DNA from: Octopus vulgaris
Lineage: Eukaryota
Direction: 5' to 3'
DNA length: 64,000 bases
Assembly: GCA_951406725.2 (NCBI GenBank)
Contig: OX597836.1
Location: forward strand, 42,408,001-42,472,000
Shown here: one piece after another, positions 25,361-39,002 of the stretch
Position numbering within the stretch: the stretch's first letter is position 1
How the letters are laid out: the number at the start of each line of letters is the position of its first letter
Position numbers and translations under genes: made by a program
The notes under the pieces: model-generated
What the model saw: the letters and a program-made list of their open reading frames with translations, nothing else
What the model was told of the DNA's origin: nothing
The model's database searches: none

Positions 25361-26974
25361 AATAACGCTTATAACATTCAAGCAACACAATCTTTGACCT
25401 AGTAACTCGGTTGATACTATGACGCTTTCTCATAGCGAATTAATATGTAACAAAGCTCAATTATTAAACAAAACAGTACGAAATCAGGCAATGTCACTTT
25501 AATGGATGGAACGAGCTAATGTACGACACATATCTCTTTACTCTCTTTTACAAGTTTCAGTCATTTGACTGTGGCCATGCTGGAGCACCACCTTTAGTCG
25601 AGCAAATTGACCCCAGGACTTATTCTTTGTAAGCCTAGTACTTATTCTATCGGTTCTCTTTTGCCGAGCCACTAAGTTACGGGGACGTAAACACACCAGC
25701 ATCGGTTGTCAAGCGATGTTAGGGGGACAGACACAGACACACAAACACATATACACACACATGTCCTTTACCTCCCCCACCTAAATCATAATTAGGCTGT
25801 CCGGTGACGGCTTAAAGAATAATAAATCTGAACTCTTCAAAAGTATGGGGTAACTATCCAATTTAGTATAAAACTGTTTTAATTTTAACTGAACATAAAC
25901 ACACACACACACATATATATAAATATAAATATAAATATAGGCGAAAGTAAAGAATACGTACACCCGGGGTTTAGGGTTATGGTTAGGAGTTAAGGTTTAG
26001 GTTTAAGGTTTTGGTTACGCCGAAAACGGCGTATTTTTTGCATGGAATCAAGTACTCTGACCTCCTAATATGCTGTAGCCCCCCTTTTTTTTGTTCGGAA
26101 AAAAAGCGGGTGGGAAACCGAACCCCTCCAATCCCGAAATCATTGGAATTTTTTTTTCTTTGAAAGAATTCCAGTGGCCCCCTAATATGCCACAAAACCC
26201 AACCAACTGGGGATCCGGAAAACGGGGTGGGCTGGAAGCCTCGGAAATTTCACCCTCACCGCCATTGGGAAGTATACCCGCGCGATTTTCAATAATAAAA
26301 AAAAAACTAAGGTTTTTTGGGTGGAATCAAGTACCCTGACTTCTCATATGCTACAAACCCCTTATTTTCGTTCGGGAAAAAAATGGGGTGGGAAACCGGA
26401 CCCCCTCCCTTATCCCGGAATTATTGGAAAATTTTTTTTTTTTTCATTGAATGAATTCCGGTGACCTCCTAATATGCCATAAAACCCCTTTCTTGGTCCG
26501 GAAAAGAGGGTGGGGTTGGGGTACAACCCTCGGAAATTCACCCCACCCCCATCATTCTCAAATATTTTTTTGCTGTTTCTTTCTTTACTCATATTTTTAG
26601 GGCATCCAAAGGAGCATACAAGCGATCACCATTTTTAGATAAGATTTTGCAGAAATGTGTTTTCGAGAGTGTGCATTACATCAGATTGAAAATTCAAAGA
26701 AGGGCGATCTTTCGGTATGAGATCCGTGTTTATGAACTTCTTAAAACACGTGTATTTGTTTATGTTTCTGATGAACAAAGTATGTTTCAAACGGCGTTCT
26801 TTTCTGTATCTGTCTTCCTCACTCACTCACGCTATTTCCTCCCTTGCCGTCTAATTTATTTTTTTACATATGTGGTGTGAGGGGAAAGGGGATCTTTTGA
26901 AGTAAGCGTGAAAGCGAAAGAGACTGAGAGAGCACGATTCGATCAGGGAATTTCTTTCGAAGTTGGCGTGCCGT

Positions 26975-27267
26975 GTGTGTGTGTATGTGTGTGTTGTGTG
27001 TGTTTGTGTTTAATGGGGTGTGCAAGACAGAAAGTGTGGTGTGTATGTGAAGTTCTTTTGTTAGTGTAGTGCTGGTGTGTGTGTATGTGTGTGTTTGTGT
27101 GTTTGTGTTTAATGGGGTGTGCAAGACAGAAAGTGTGGTGTGTATGTGAAGTTCTTTTGTTAGTGTAGTGCTGGTGTGTGTGTGTGTGTGTGTGTGTTTG
27201 TGTTTAATGGGGTGTGCAAGACAGAAAGTGTGGTGTGTATGTGAAGTTCTTTTGTTAGTGTAGTGCT

Positions 27268-27307
<40 letters not shown>

Positions 27308-27795
27308 TAATGGGGTGTGCAAGACAGAAAGTGTGGTGTGTATGTGAAGTTCTTTTGTTAGTGTAGTGCTGGTGTGTGTGTATGTGTGTGTGTGTGTGTG
27401 CGTGTTTAATGGGGTGTGCAAGACAGAAAGTGTGGTGTGTATGTGAAGTTCTTTTGTTAGTGTAGTGCTGGTGTGTGTGTATGTGTGTGTGTGTGTGTGC
27501 GTGTTTAATGGGGTGTGCAAGACAGAAAGTGTGGTGTGTATGTGAAGTTCTGTTGTTAGTGTAGTGCTGGTGTGTGTGTATGTGTGTGTGTGTGTGTGTG
27601 GTGTTTAATGGGGTGTGCAAGACAGAAAGTGTGTGTGTATGTGAAGTTCTGTTGTTAGTGTAGTGCTGGTGTGTGTGTATGTGTGTGTGTGTGTGTGTGC
27701 GTGTTTAATGGGGTGTGCAAGACAGAAAGTGTGGTGTGTATGTGAAGTTCTTTTGTTAGTGTAGTGCTGGTGTGTGTGTATGTGTGTGTGTGTGT
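26975..27795. repeat. Minisatellite, 8 units of ~95-103 bp
   Basis: TTAATGGGGTGTGCAAGACAG core at 27010, 27109, 27204, 27307, 27406, 27505, 27605, 27705. Confidence 0.92.
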
Positions 27796-27911
27796 GAGAG
27801 AGAGAGAAAACTGAAATTTTTTTTATTCCCTTTTTGTAGTGAGTGAATGTGTGAGTGATTGAAAGGGAAGAGAGAGAGAGAGAGAGAGGTTATGTATGGA
27901 TGAGTGGCTGC

Positions 27912-27959
<48 letters not shown>

Positions 27960-28116
27960 TTACACAAAACTTACCTACGTACACCTATCGCATGCATGTT
28001 TTTTGGACGCATACTTGTTATATTTACTTTTTTAATGAGTGAACGTGTGAGTGATTGACAGAGTAAAAGAGCAGTTGTTTTGTATGTATGTATGTATGTA
28101 TGTATGCATGTATATA

Positions 28117-28706
28117 TCTTTATATATAAAAGTGAAGTTGTGTGTCTGTCTCCTACGATTTAGATTCCTAACTACTCCCACATTTTGCGGTGCAGGTTAA
28201 CCAAAACCGGGTATCTTATAGTCGTGATTCATATCGAGCCCTTCTGGGTATTAGCGCACGTCTATCTTAAAAGGTGTCGTTGCTAGGGCCAAAAACCCAC
28301 TTTCACAAGTCCACTCCCATTCTTTTCTGTATCTGTCTTCCTCACTCACTCACGCTATTTCCTCCCTTCCCGTCTAACTCCCCTACACATTCTCTTTATA
28401 ACTTCGTCAAACGGCGTTCTTTTCTGTATCTGTCTTCCTCACTCACGCTATTCCTGCCTTCCCCTCTAACTCCCCTTCACTTTCTCTTTATAACTTCGTC
28501 AAACGGCGTTCTTTTATGTATCTGTTTTCCTCACTCACTCACGCTATTTCCTCCCTTCTCGTCTAACTCCCCTTCACTTTCTCTTTATAACTTCGTCAAA
28601 CGGCGTTCTTTTATGTATCTGTCTGCATTCATATCATCGCCACCACCACCACCACGACACAATCATGAGAACAAATATTATGAATCAGATATTTATTGCG
28701 TTCATT

Positions 28707-28741
<35 letters not shown>

Positions 28742-29043
28742 CTATATATAAATATGTATCTATAATGTATATATACAAAGTGTATATATCTGTATTTATG
28801 TATATTAAACTTTTTAATACTTTTTAATAGTTATATATATTTTTAAACAAATTATAAATATAATTCAATGATTTTTATTTTAAATTTAAATAATTTAAAT
28901 TTTTCAATTTTATATATTTTCTATATTATATTTTTATTTTTATGTTTTTGTTTTTGCTGTTCATTTGCCTATTAGTGGTTTAATCTCTAATTTAATTTAT
29001 ACATATATATATATAATTGTATACATTTGTATATATAATGCGT

Positions 29044-29084
<41 letters not shown>

Positions 29085-29946
29085 ATATATATATATATAT
29101 ATATATAATGTGTGCATTATGTGGTCGGTCGGTTGAGCTGAAAATATGCACACCTATGTTAAAAGTGCTGGCAAGTTTGCATGACAACTAATTTTTTCCT
29201 CAAATGAAAGGCGTGACCTCTAGGACAAAATTCCTCATCTTATAAAATGTAGCCCCAGTAGACCCGAATGAAATCGGGTTAAATTAACCAAAATGAGAAA
29301 AGGGGTCTAAATGGGGCTGGAAGGGGATTAAAATTTAGGGGAGCGGGTGTTAAAGAATTCTCTGTTACATCAAGCTAAAAAATTTGTGCCAGCCTTTAAT
29401 CGTCAATGTGTTGCCGTCCATGATAAAGAAGTTTTGAATGCTTGCCATGGTGAGTCTACTGTCGTGAGAAAGAATCACTTCAAAACTTGGTGTTTACGAA
29501 TTTTCTTTTACATCAAGTTCAAAATTTTACGCCAGCCGTTAAACTGTCAATACGTTGCTGTCCGTCGTTAAGAAATGCCAGCCATGGAGAAAGGAGAGAG
29601 AAACAAAGAGGAAGAATCATCATCATCATCATCATCATCGTTTAACGTCCGTTTTCCGTGCTAGCACGGGTTGGACAGTTTGACCGGGGTCTGGGAAGCC
29701 AGGAGGCTGCACCAGGCTCCAGTCTGATCTGGCAGTGTTTCTACAGGTGGATGCCCTTCCTAACGCAAACCACTCTGTGGGTGTAGTGGATGCTTTTTAC
29801 GTGCCACCGGCACAGAAGCCAGTCAAGGCGGCGCTGCAATCGGCCACGTTCGGATGGTGCATTTTACGTGCTGAAAGGAAACAGAAAGAAACAGAAAGAA
29901 ACAACCACACTCTTACCCGCGCGTAGAGCGGGTCACCTTCAGCTAG
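28117..29946 (+). mobile_element. Composite non-autonomous Helitron
   Basis: A|TCTTTATATATAAAAG 5' end; ACCCGC..GCGGGT hairpin plus CTAG|T 3' end; pairing of the two ends is inferred. Confidence 0.6.
29618..29870 (-). mobile_element. (GAT)n-tailed retroposon 3' end (other copies ~4978, 10120, 22760, 23490, 46405, 63408)
   Basis: Dispersed repeat CATCATCATCGTTTAACGTCCG...GGATGCCCTTCCTAA. Confidence 0.7.
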
Positions 29947-29954
29947 TATATATA

Positions 29955-30011
<57 letters not shown>

Positions 30012-30053
30012 CATAATTAAATCTCAGAATGAGATTGAAACAGTAATCGCTCG

Positions 30054-30226
30054 ATAATGTAAAGTATAGAAGCCATCTTATCATGGCTAACCACATTGGG
30101 GAGGGGGTGTTACTGTAGCTTTATAGCCAGCTAGAGACGACGATCTCTTGGGGCTATAAAGCTACAGTAACACCCCCTCCCCAATGTGGTTAGCCATGAT
30201 AAGATGGCTTCTATACTTTACATTAT
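30054..30226. repeat. Perfect inverted repeat, 75-bp arms, 23-nt loop
   Basis: 30054-30128 is the exact reverse complement of 30152-30226. Confidence 0.92.
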
Positions 30227-30235
30227 ATATATATA

Positions 30236-30741
30236 CTAGCAGTATCGCCCGGCGTTGCTCGGGTTTGTAAGGGAAATAACTATATAAGCATTTTTAGAGA
30301 GTTACTTCCCTTATAGATGCCAATTCGGGCTTTCTTAGCCATTTCTGTTTTGGTGTCTTCAAGCCATGAAGTCGTTGTTCTAAAAGAACGTTGGTCTCCT
30401 TGACAACGCTTTACGACGTTGATTTCCTTACACTCCCTTCCCCACAGCTTCACGAGGGGGGGAGAAGCAAACATAGGTGCAGGTGTTTGAGCGTGGACGC
30501 CAACTCCGCCGCCATCGACACACAAAAAATTATGCATTAAAATGGAATAAAAAATGATGTTAAATAATTTTTAAAATCGTAGACTCATCGTAGACGCGCG
30601 CTAATAGCCAGACGGGCTCGATATTAATCACGACTATAAGATACCCGAATTTGGTTAAACTGCACCGCAAAATGTGGGAGGAGTTAGGAATCTAAATCGA
30701 AGGGGACAGACACTCACACAACTACAGTTTTATATATATAG

Positions 30742-30742
<1 letters not shown>
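30236..30742 (-). mobile_element. Non-autonomous Helitron
   Basis: 5' TCTATATATATAAAACTG; 3' CCCGAGCAACGCCGGG hairpin plus CTAG; A|T target. Confidence 0.8.
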
Positions 30743-30773
<31 letters not shown>

Positions 30774-30783
30774 ATACATAGAT

Positions 30784-30841
<58 letters not shown>

Positions 30842-31308
30842 ATAGATAGATGTATATATATATATATATACATCTATGTGTGTTTGTGTGTGTGTGAGTG
30901 TTGTGTATAGGTTTTATTTAAAGTGACCTAAAAGTAGGGATTGTATTTGTAAGGTCAAATCGAAAACAGGAAGAAAGGAATAAAGGAAAGAAAAAAAGAA
31001 AGAAAGAAAGAAAGGAGAGAGATAATACAGAGATGAAGACAGGGAAAGTGTACCAGTTAGTGGTCAGTCAAGATAACTCGACGGTAGGAGTGGGGAAAGA
31101 TTAGGGTGATATAGAAAGAAAGGTATTAGAGTCTAAAGAGATTAAAGGGTAAAGAGTAAAGGAAGGTCAGATAGCCGGAATGGGGGGGGGGTAATATAGA
31201 TATACATCTATCTATGTATATATATATATCATCATTATTGTTTAAAGTCTGCTTTCCATGTCAGCATAGAAAGCAGCCATTAAACGATGATGATGATGAT
31301 ATATAATA

Positions 31309-31704
31309 CTAGAAGTATCTCCCGGCGTTGCTCGGGTTTGTAAGGGAAATAACTATATAAGCATTTTTAGAGATGTAAAGTATAATAGCCATCTCAATAT
31401 GGCTAACCAGAAAGATGGGGTGTTACTGTAGCTTTTTACGTTTTGAGATTTAATAATAGATTTTTAAAGAGTTACTTCCCTTATATTTGCCAAAAATGCA
31501 TTAAAAATGGGAAAAATTGATGGTAAATTTTTTTTTAAATCGTAGACTCATCGTAGACGCGCGCTAATACCCAGAAGGGTTCGATATGAATCACGACTAT
31601 AAGATACCCGGTTTTGGTTAAACTGCACCGCAAAATGTGGGAGTAATTAGGAATCTAAATCGTAGGAGACAGACAGCACACAACCTCACTTTTATATATA
31701 AAGA
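31309..31704 (-). mobile_element. Non-autonomous Helitron
   Basis: Same termini as 30236-30742; 5' end matches the element at 28117. Confidence 0.8.
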
Positions 31705-32012
31705 TATTGCTCTACCATTGAAAGTTTAGGTAAACTTTGTCACTCACTCACTCTCATCCCACAACAAAAATAAAACGCATTAGTTACCCGATTTCGGCGC
31801 CAAAAATTGCAAAGGGAAAGTGCTTTAGGTTTTCAAATCTATTCTGTAATCTTGGATTATGATGTATTATATCCAGTGATTCTAACAGGTATATTTTGTT
31901 TTAATATTATACTTTTACTTTTTCACAGACACACACAAACTCTAACGTGATCTTTTTAGATGCATTCTTTACCATTTTTTATCTGTCTACTGACTTCGTT
32001 ACCACTAACTTC

Positions 32013-32449
32013 AGATCTTTTCGGTTTGACCGGCAGTTTTTTAAAATAATTTCCACGTAACAAAAAATTTTTAAACTTCGTATACTAGTAGAATGTGTTT
32101 ATAAAACATCTTTTTCTCTTGGCTTTATTGAGAAAATTCTATAGTTTGTAAGATATTTGTTGGGTTTTTTTTCTTCAATTTCTGCAAATTTTCTTCAATT
32201 TCAACCAATCACTGACATCTATTGAGGTAAAAAGCATTCTGTGCCGTATGAATATGTCCCTCGTTTAAGAAACAGATTGGGTTTATTTACATTTCTGAAG
32301 AAAAAAATATACCCTTACCCCCATCCCTAACCCTGACCCTAACCCTAAAACAGATTGAAATGCAATAGATCGATACTAGGGTCATAATTATGGGTGACAA
32401 TTTCATATGACACCGCTAGAAAAAACTGCCGTTCAAACCGAAAACATCC
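32013..32449. mobile_element. MITE, same family
   Basis: Near-identical to 37577-38005. Confidence 0.78.
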
Positions 32450-32728
32450 GCAATTTTTAACCAATTTTAGGTCACTGGTAATTAATATCATGGTTAAAAC
32501 TGTTTGTTAGTTCTACTTTACAAGATACACGTACGTGTAACAACAGGATCCAACAGGTTTGTGGTTTATGTTTCTTATCATGCTCACAGTCCCAATGCTT
32601 TTCAGTATTTTTTCCAGCAGTCATAGGAGGTATTTTGTGTTGTGCAAGTTAATATATTGAGGTGAAAAGTAGGTGATTTTCCTAGTCAAGTGCTTTTGGA
32701 ATTTATAATAAATATTCACTGACCAATA

Positions 32729-32908
32729 GGCGCAGGAGTGGCTGTGTGGTAAGTAGCTTGCTTACCAACCCCATGGTTCCGGGTTCAGTCCCACTGTGTG
32801 GCACCTTGGGCAACTATCTTCTACTGTAGCCTCGGGCCGATCAAAGCCTTGTGAGTGGATTTGGTAGACGGAAACTGAAAGAAGCCCATTGTATGTATGT
32901 ATATATAT

Positions 32909-32964
<56 letters not shown>

Positions 32965-33125
32965 CTAGTTATAAACAAGGGCAAAAGAAAAATATTTCTG
33001 ATTCTTTTTCTTTTTTCGTTTGGCCCTTGTTCATAAATTGTTTATAAATTTAACCTTTAAAGGTATTTTTTAATATGTTGGCCATTGATAGAATTTTTTC
33101 GAAAAATTTTATCCTATATTAGATG

Positions 33126-33195
<70 letters not shown>

Positions 33196-33807
33196 TGTGT
33201 CTGTGTTTGCACCCTCCCCCAACATCGCTTGACAACCAATGCTGGTGTGTTTACGTCCCCGTAACTTAGCGGTTCGGTAAAAGAGAACCGATAGAATAAG
33301 TACTAGGCTTACAAAGAATAAGTCCTGGGAGTCGATTTGCTCGATCGACTAAAGGCGGTGCTTCAGCATGGCCACAGTCAAATGACTGAAACAAGTAAAA
33401 GAGCAAGCTATTGATATGCAGGTGAGGCATTTTAAATTGATTTAATTTTCCTGCTGAATGATACCTGAATACTTCTGCTAATCTTGTCATGCTCTGTATT
33501 GTAATGATGAATTTATGAATGAATTTTCTGTCTATTTTCTAACTGTTTGTTGTTTTCTTCTTTCAGATGTCTCACACTTGTGAGAATAAGGCAGACAACT
33601 TATGTTACGTTTGAGGTGAGGTAACCTTTGCATCACAAAAGCACCGCAGGAGTGGCTGTGTGGTAAGTAGCTTGCTTACCAACCACATGGTTCCGGGTTC
33701 AGTCCCACCGCGTAGCACCTTGGGCAAGTGTCTTCTACTATAGCCCCGGGTCTACCAGTACCTTGTGAGTGGATTTGGTAGACGGAAACTGAAAGAAGCC
33801 CGTCGTA

Positions 33808-33853
<46 letters not shown>

Positions 33854-34062
33854 CACGTGTGTTTGTGTATCTGTGTTTGTCCCCCTAGCATTGCTTGACA
33901 ACTGATGCTGGTGTGTTTATGTCCCCGTAACTTAGCGGTTCGGCAAAAGAGACCGATAGAATAAGTACTGGGCTTACAAAGAATAAGTCCCGGGGTCGAG
34001 TTGCTCGATTAAAGGTGGTGCTCCAGCATGACCGCAGTCAAATGACTGAAACAAGTATAAGA
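32729..34062 (+). mobile_element. Two SINEs with internal microsatellite (32729-33402, 33645-34062)
   Basis: TGGCTGTGTGGTAAG / GGTTCAGTCCC heads and shared tail ...GTCAAATGACTGAAACAAGT; reverse partial copy at 25535-25760. Confidence 0.78.
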
Positions 34063-34089
34063 GTAGAGTAGATATTGCCAAGAGCTTAA

Positions 34090-34692
34090 AATGTGTGTAC
34101 AGAGGTTCAACATGGCAACAAAGCCACAACTCGGTCCTTCATGGACCGGGACGGGTGTAACCTACATGAATCCACGCAGATGTGTATGAAGTTTCAGCGG
34201 CACTTTGTCAAACTGTTTGGGGTGCGATGTGTGTTAGGGATGGAGGTGGCTTTCACCTCCTACTTCAATGGCATGCCACACCTCTCAGCAAAATGCTGAT
34301 AACAGCCAAAGACATATGGTCTTTTCAGAGGACTTTGGGTTGGGGCCTATGGATAACTTCCAGAAATTTCAGGCCTGGCAGTGCTACAGGGGAGCCCAGC
34401 CAGTTTGAGACAAGCATTACAGACACAGAAGTGCAGTCAGACCTGTCCGAAATGTCCACAGGGCGATGAAACCGTCCTGCATGCACTTGTCCAGTGTCTG
34501 TGCATTACAGACTTGTGGAGCTTTGTCAAACAACTGTTGTCGCGTGCAGGACAGATCTGGTTATCAGCCGAATCCATCGTGAAGAACGTATTGTTCAACA
34601 CCCTCTTGTCCCTTGTATTGTGTCATCCCTATTTATTTTATATTCGGCCCTTGTGGCCAATAAAAGAAAGTATTATTATTATTATTATTATT
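34090..34692 (+). mobile_element. L1/Tx1-like LINE 3' relic
   Basis: CPKC..ETVLHALVQC CCHC motif; AATAAA plus (ATT)n tail. Confidence 0.6.
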
Positions 34693-34869
34693 TTCTTTTC
34701 CTTCTTTCTTCAAATTTTCTTCCGTTTCTCGCCGGGTGTTTTCCGTACACCTAGGGCAGAGAAGCTCATTGTATGCATTCCCAGATTACACACGTAATTT
34801 CACAGATAAAATAAGTAATTTAAAACATTAATAAATAAATAAATTTACGAATGGATGTTGTTTTCACAG

Positions 34870-35607
<738 letters not shown>

Positions 35608-36516
35608 GGTGGCGAGCTGGCAGAACCGTTAGCACGTCTACACCAGGTTAAATGCTTAGTGGTATTTCGTCTGTTGCTACATTCTGAGTTCAAATTCTGC
35701 CGAGGTCGGCTTTGAATTTCATCCTTTCGGGGTCGATAAATTGAGTACCAGTTACGCACTGGGATCAATGTAATCGACTTAATCCCTCTGTTTGTCCTTG
35801 TTTGTCCCCTCTGTGTTTAGCCCCTTGCGGGTAATAAAGAAATAGGTATTTCGTCTGCCGTTACGTTCTGAGTTCAAAATCCGCCGAGGTCGATTTTGCC
35901 TTTCATCCTTTCGATGTCGATAAATTAAGTACCAGTTTTGCACTGGTGTCGATGTAATCGACATAATCCCTTTGTCTGTCCTTGTTTGTCCCCTCTGTGT
36001 GTAGCCCCTTGCGGGCAGTAAAGAAATAAGAATCGTTAGCACGCCGATCGAAATGCTTAGCGCATATAAATGAGAATGGGCGATCATTCGTTTTGAGACG
36101 ACACAAAAAAACAAAAACAAAAAACAAAAAAAAACTCCGTTAGTTTCCGTAATCACTTGTTGCCTTGACAACTGCGTGCTTGTTCTGTTAGACGTGTGGC
36201 AGTGGAAACTAATGGGTGTACGTACGTGCTTGTTTTGTATGTGTGAGTGTGTGTGTGTGTGTGTGTGTGGGTGTGTGTGTGTGTGTGTGTGCTTATGTAT
36301 TTATGTGTGCGGAATGTAGATATAACAAAAACAATGTCGCATTTTAAAGATGGAGAAAAAAAGCCTTGCACATTTGTTCTTACCTGGTTCAGGTGTGTGT
36401 GTAAAAATCTGTAAATTTCCTAGAAGAAAACGAGATTTTACATACGCACATGTAGCAGGTAAGAACAAATATACGAGGCTTTTTTTTCTCCAAGTTTAAA
36501 ATGCGACCTCCATACG

Positions 36517-37132
36517 TGGAGGTTCGTGGCTTAGTGGTTAGAGCGGCGGACTCGCAGTCGAGGGATCGCGGGTTCGAATCTCAGACCGGGCGATGTGTGT
36601 GTTTATGAGCGAAAACATCTAAGCTCCACGCGGCTCCGGCACAAGGTAATGGCGAATCTTCTGCTGACTCTTTCGCCACAACTTTCTCTCACTCTTTCCT
36701 CTTGCAGCTCACCTGCGACGGACCGGTGTCCCGTCCAGGTGGGGAACCTATACGCCAAGGAGTCCGGGAAACCGGCCCTTATGAGCCAAGGGTGGCACGA
36801 AAAGGAAGAAACAAACTACTATATTAATGTGTGCGTGTGTGTGTGCGTGGAGGCACATGGCCTAGTGTTTAGAGCAACGGACTCGTGGTCGAGGGATCGC
36901 GGGTTCGAATCTCAGACCGGGCGATGTGTGTGTTTATGAGCGAAAACACCTAAGCTCCACGCGGCTCCGGCAGAAGGTAATGGCGAAACTTCTGCTGATT
37001 CTCACTCTTTCCTCCTGCATCTTGCAGCTCACCTGCGACGGACCGGCGTCCCGTCCAGGTGGGGAACCTATAGGCCAAGGAAACCGGGAAACCGGTCCTT
37101 ATGAGCCAGGGGTGGCTCGAGAAGGAACAAAC
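36517..37132 (+). mobile_element. Two tandem tRNA-derived SINEs
   Basis: TGGCTTAGTGGTTAGAGC...GGTTCGAATCTC heads at ~36517 and ~36848, followed by a shared body. Confidence 0.8.
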
Positions 37133-37576
37133 ATTCCGTACACATAGATAAATAAAAACAGAAAAAGCATGCTCACACTCACACACACACACACACGTAC
37201 ACTCAATAGCTTCTTCCAAGCGTCCATCGGAAACTAACGGATATTCGTTTTTATTGCGTACTCAAAATGAATGATCGCCTGAGAACGTATGAGTGAGAGA
37301 CGAGTGTGCGTGTCTGTGTGTGTGTGTGTGTGTGTGTTGTGTGTGTGTGTGTGTACGTGTGTGTGTACGTGTGTGTGTGTGTATGCGGCCTGTACGGCAA
37401 AATCTGACAAGCTGACTCACGGACATGTTACATCCTGGCTGCGACAAGTCGAATTTAATTTCAGCAAGAATCTCGTTACTCGGTCGCTCGACCTGCTAGA
37501 AATAGCAGCCAAATCTTCCTCGGATCACACCCTCGGGTAAAGAAGGGTGCGTTAAAACGGAATCACTCTAGATAGC

Positions 37577-38005
37577 GGATCTTTTCGGTTTGAACGGCAG
37601 TTTTTTTAAAATAATTTCCACGTAACTAAACACTTTTAAACTTCGTATACTGGTAGAATGTGTTTATAAAACATCTTTTTCTCTTGGCTTTATTGAGAAA
37701 ATTCTATAGTTTGTAAGATATTTGTTGTTTTTTTCTTCAATTTCTGCAATTTCAACCAATCAATGACGTCTATTGAGGTAAAAGAAACATTCTGTGCCGT
37801 ATGAATATGTCCCTCGTTTAAGAAACATTGGGTTTATTTACATTTCTGAAGAAAAAAAAGATACCCTTCCCCCCACCCCTAACCCTAACTAACTCTAATC
37901 CTAAAACAGATTGAAATGCAATAGATCGATACTAGGATCATAATTATGGGTGACAATTTCATATGACACCGCTAGAAAAAACTGCCCTTCAAACCGAAAA
38001 GATCC
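37577..38005. mobile_element. MITE, same family
   Basis: TIR GGATCTTTTCGGTTTGAACGGCAG; internal CCCTAA motifs. Confidence 0.8.
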
Positions 38006-38233
38006 CAGAATCACTCTAGATGGCCCTTAACCAAGACACCTCCGTATCCCTGACCCACCTCTACATACTCCTATCATAAAACCTAGTCACATACACACGT
38101 AGTTTACTATTCCCACTGTGTCAACAAACAATCGCCTACAACAAACATACCAGTCGATCACAGCCAATTATTCTCTTTGATACACTCCCCGGTGTATTAT
38201 TGTCTCAAGAGCATGTTCTGCATAAGTATAATT

Positions 38234-38671
38234 GGATCTTTTCCTTTTGAACGGCAGTTTTCAACACAATTTCTAGTTAACTAAACACTTTAAAACTTCG
38301 TATACTGGTAGAATGTGTCAAAATAAAACATTTTTTTCTCTTGGCTTTCTTGAGGAAATTGTAATTTGTTTGTTTAACGTAGTTTAATTTTACAATTAAG
38401 AAAAAAAAATAGGGTTAGGGTTAGTTTGAGGGTTAGTGACAGGATGTTGTCTCAGTTTTAGACGCAGCAAATGATTTTAGTTCAATCGATTGGTTAAAAT
38501 TGCCGAAATGCTCGGATTTTCAGACGAAATATCTTACAAACTATAGAATTTTCTCAATAAAGCCAAGAGAAAAAGATGTTTTATAAACACATTCTACCAG
38601 TATACGAAGTATAAAATTTTTTAGTTACCTAGAAATTATGTTACAAACTGCCGTTCAAAAGGAAAAGATCC
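38234..38671. mobile_element. MITE with GG-ended TIRs and 8-bp TSD (Merlin-like)
   Basis: TIR GGATCTTTTCCTTTTGAACGGCAGTTT; TSD GTATAATT on both sides; internal TTAGGG motifs. Confidence 0.8.
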
Positions 38672-39002
38672 GTATAATTTGTTTAGTGAATGTAGACATG
38701 TTTGGTTCTTCTGTCGGTCAGAGCGAAACAGAACGGGGTGTTTGTATGGAAGGATGGTCGGGTGATAATTACGTTAGGTGTGAAACTGACGAAGAAAAAC
38801 AGCATGAAACTGCCAGTCTCCGAGATTAGTTAAAATTTCTATATCCTGATATAAATATTAATCTTTACACGGGATTCACATGGTTCCGTGTTCAGTCCCA
38901 CTGCGTGGCACCTTGGGCAAGTGTCTTCTACTATAGCCCCAGGCTGACCGTGAGACAAATACTCTTTGCCCTTAAGTCACGTGCCTTCAAAATCTATATA
39001 TA

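Noticed and set aside
26975-27795. CRISPR-like repeat-spacer appearance
   Set aside because: Spacers are (GT)n rather than unique, the context is eukaryotic, and there are no cas genes.
36517-36592. tRNA gene
   Set aside because: The tRNA-like head continues into a repeated SINE body; no proper acceptor stem.
38405-38440. Interstitial telomere
   Set aside because: Only a few TTAGGG units, inside a TIR-bounded MITE.
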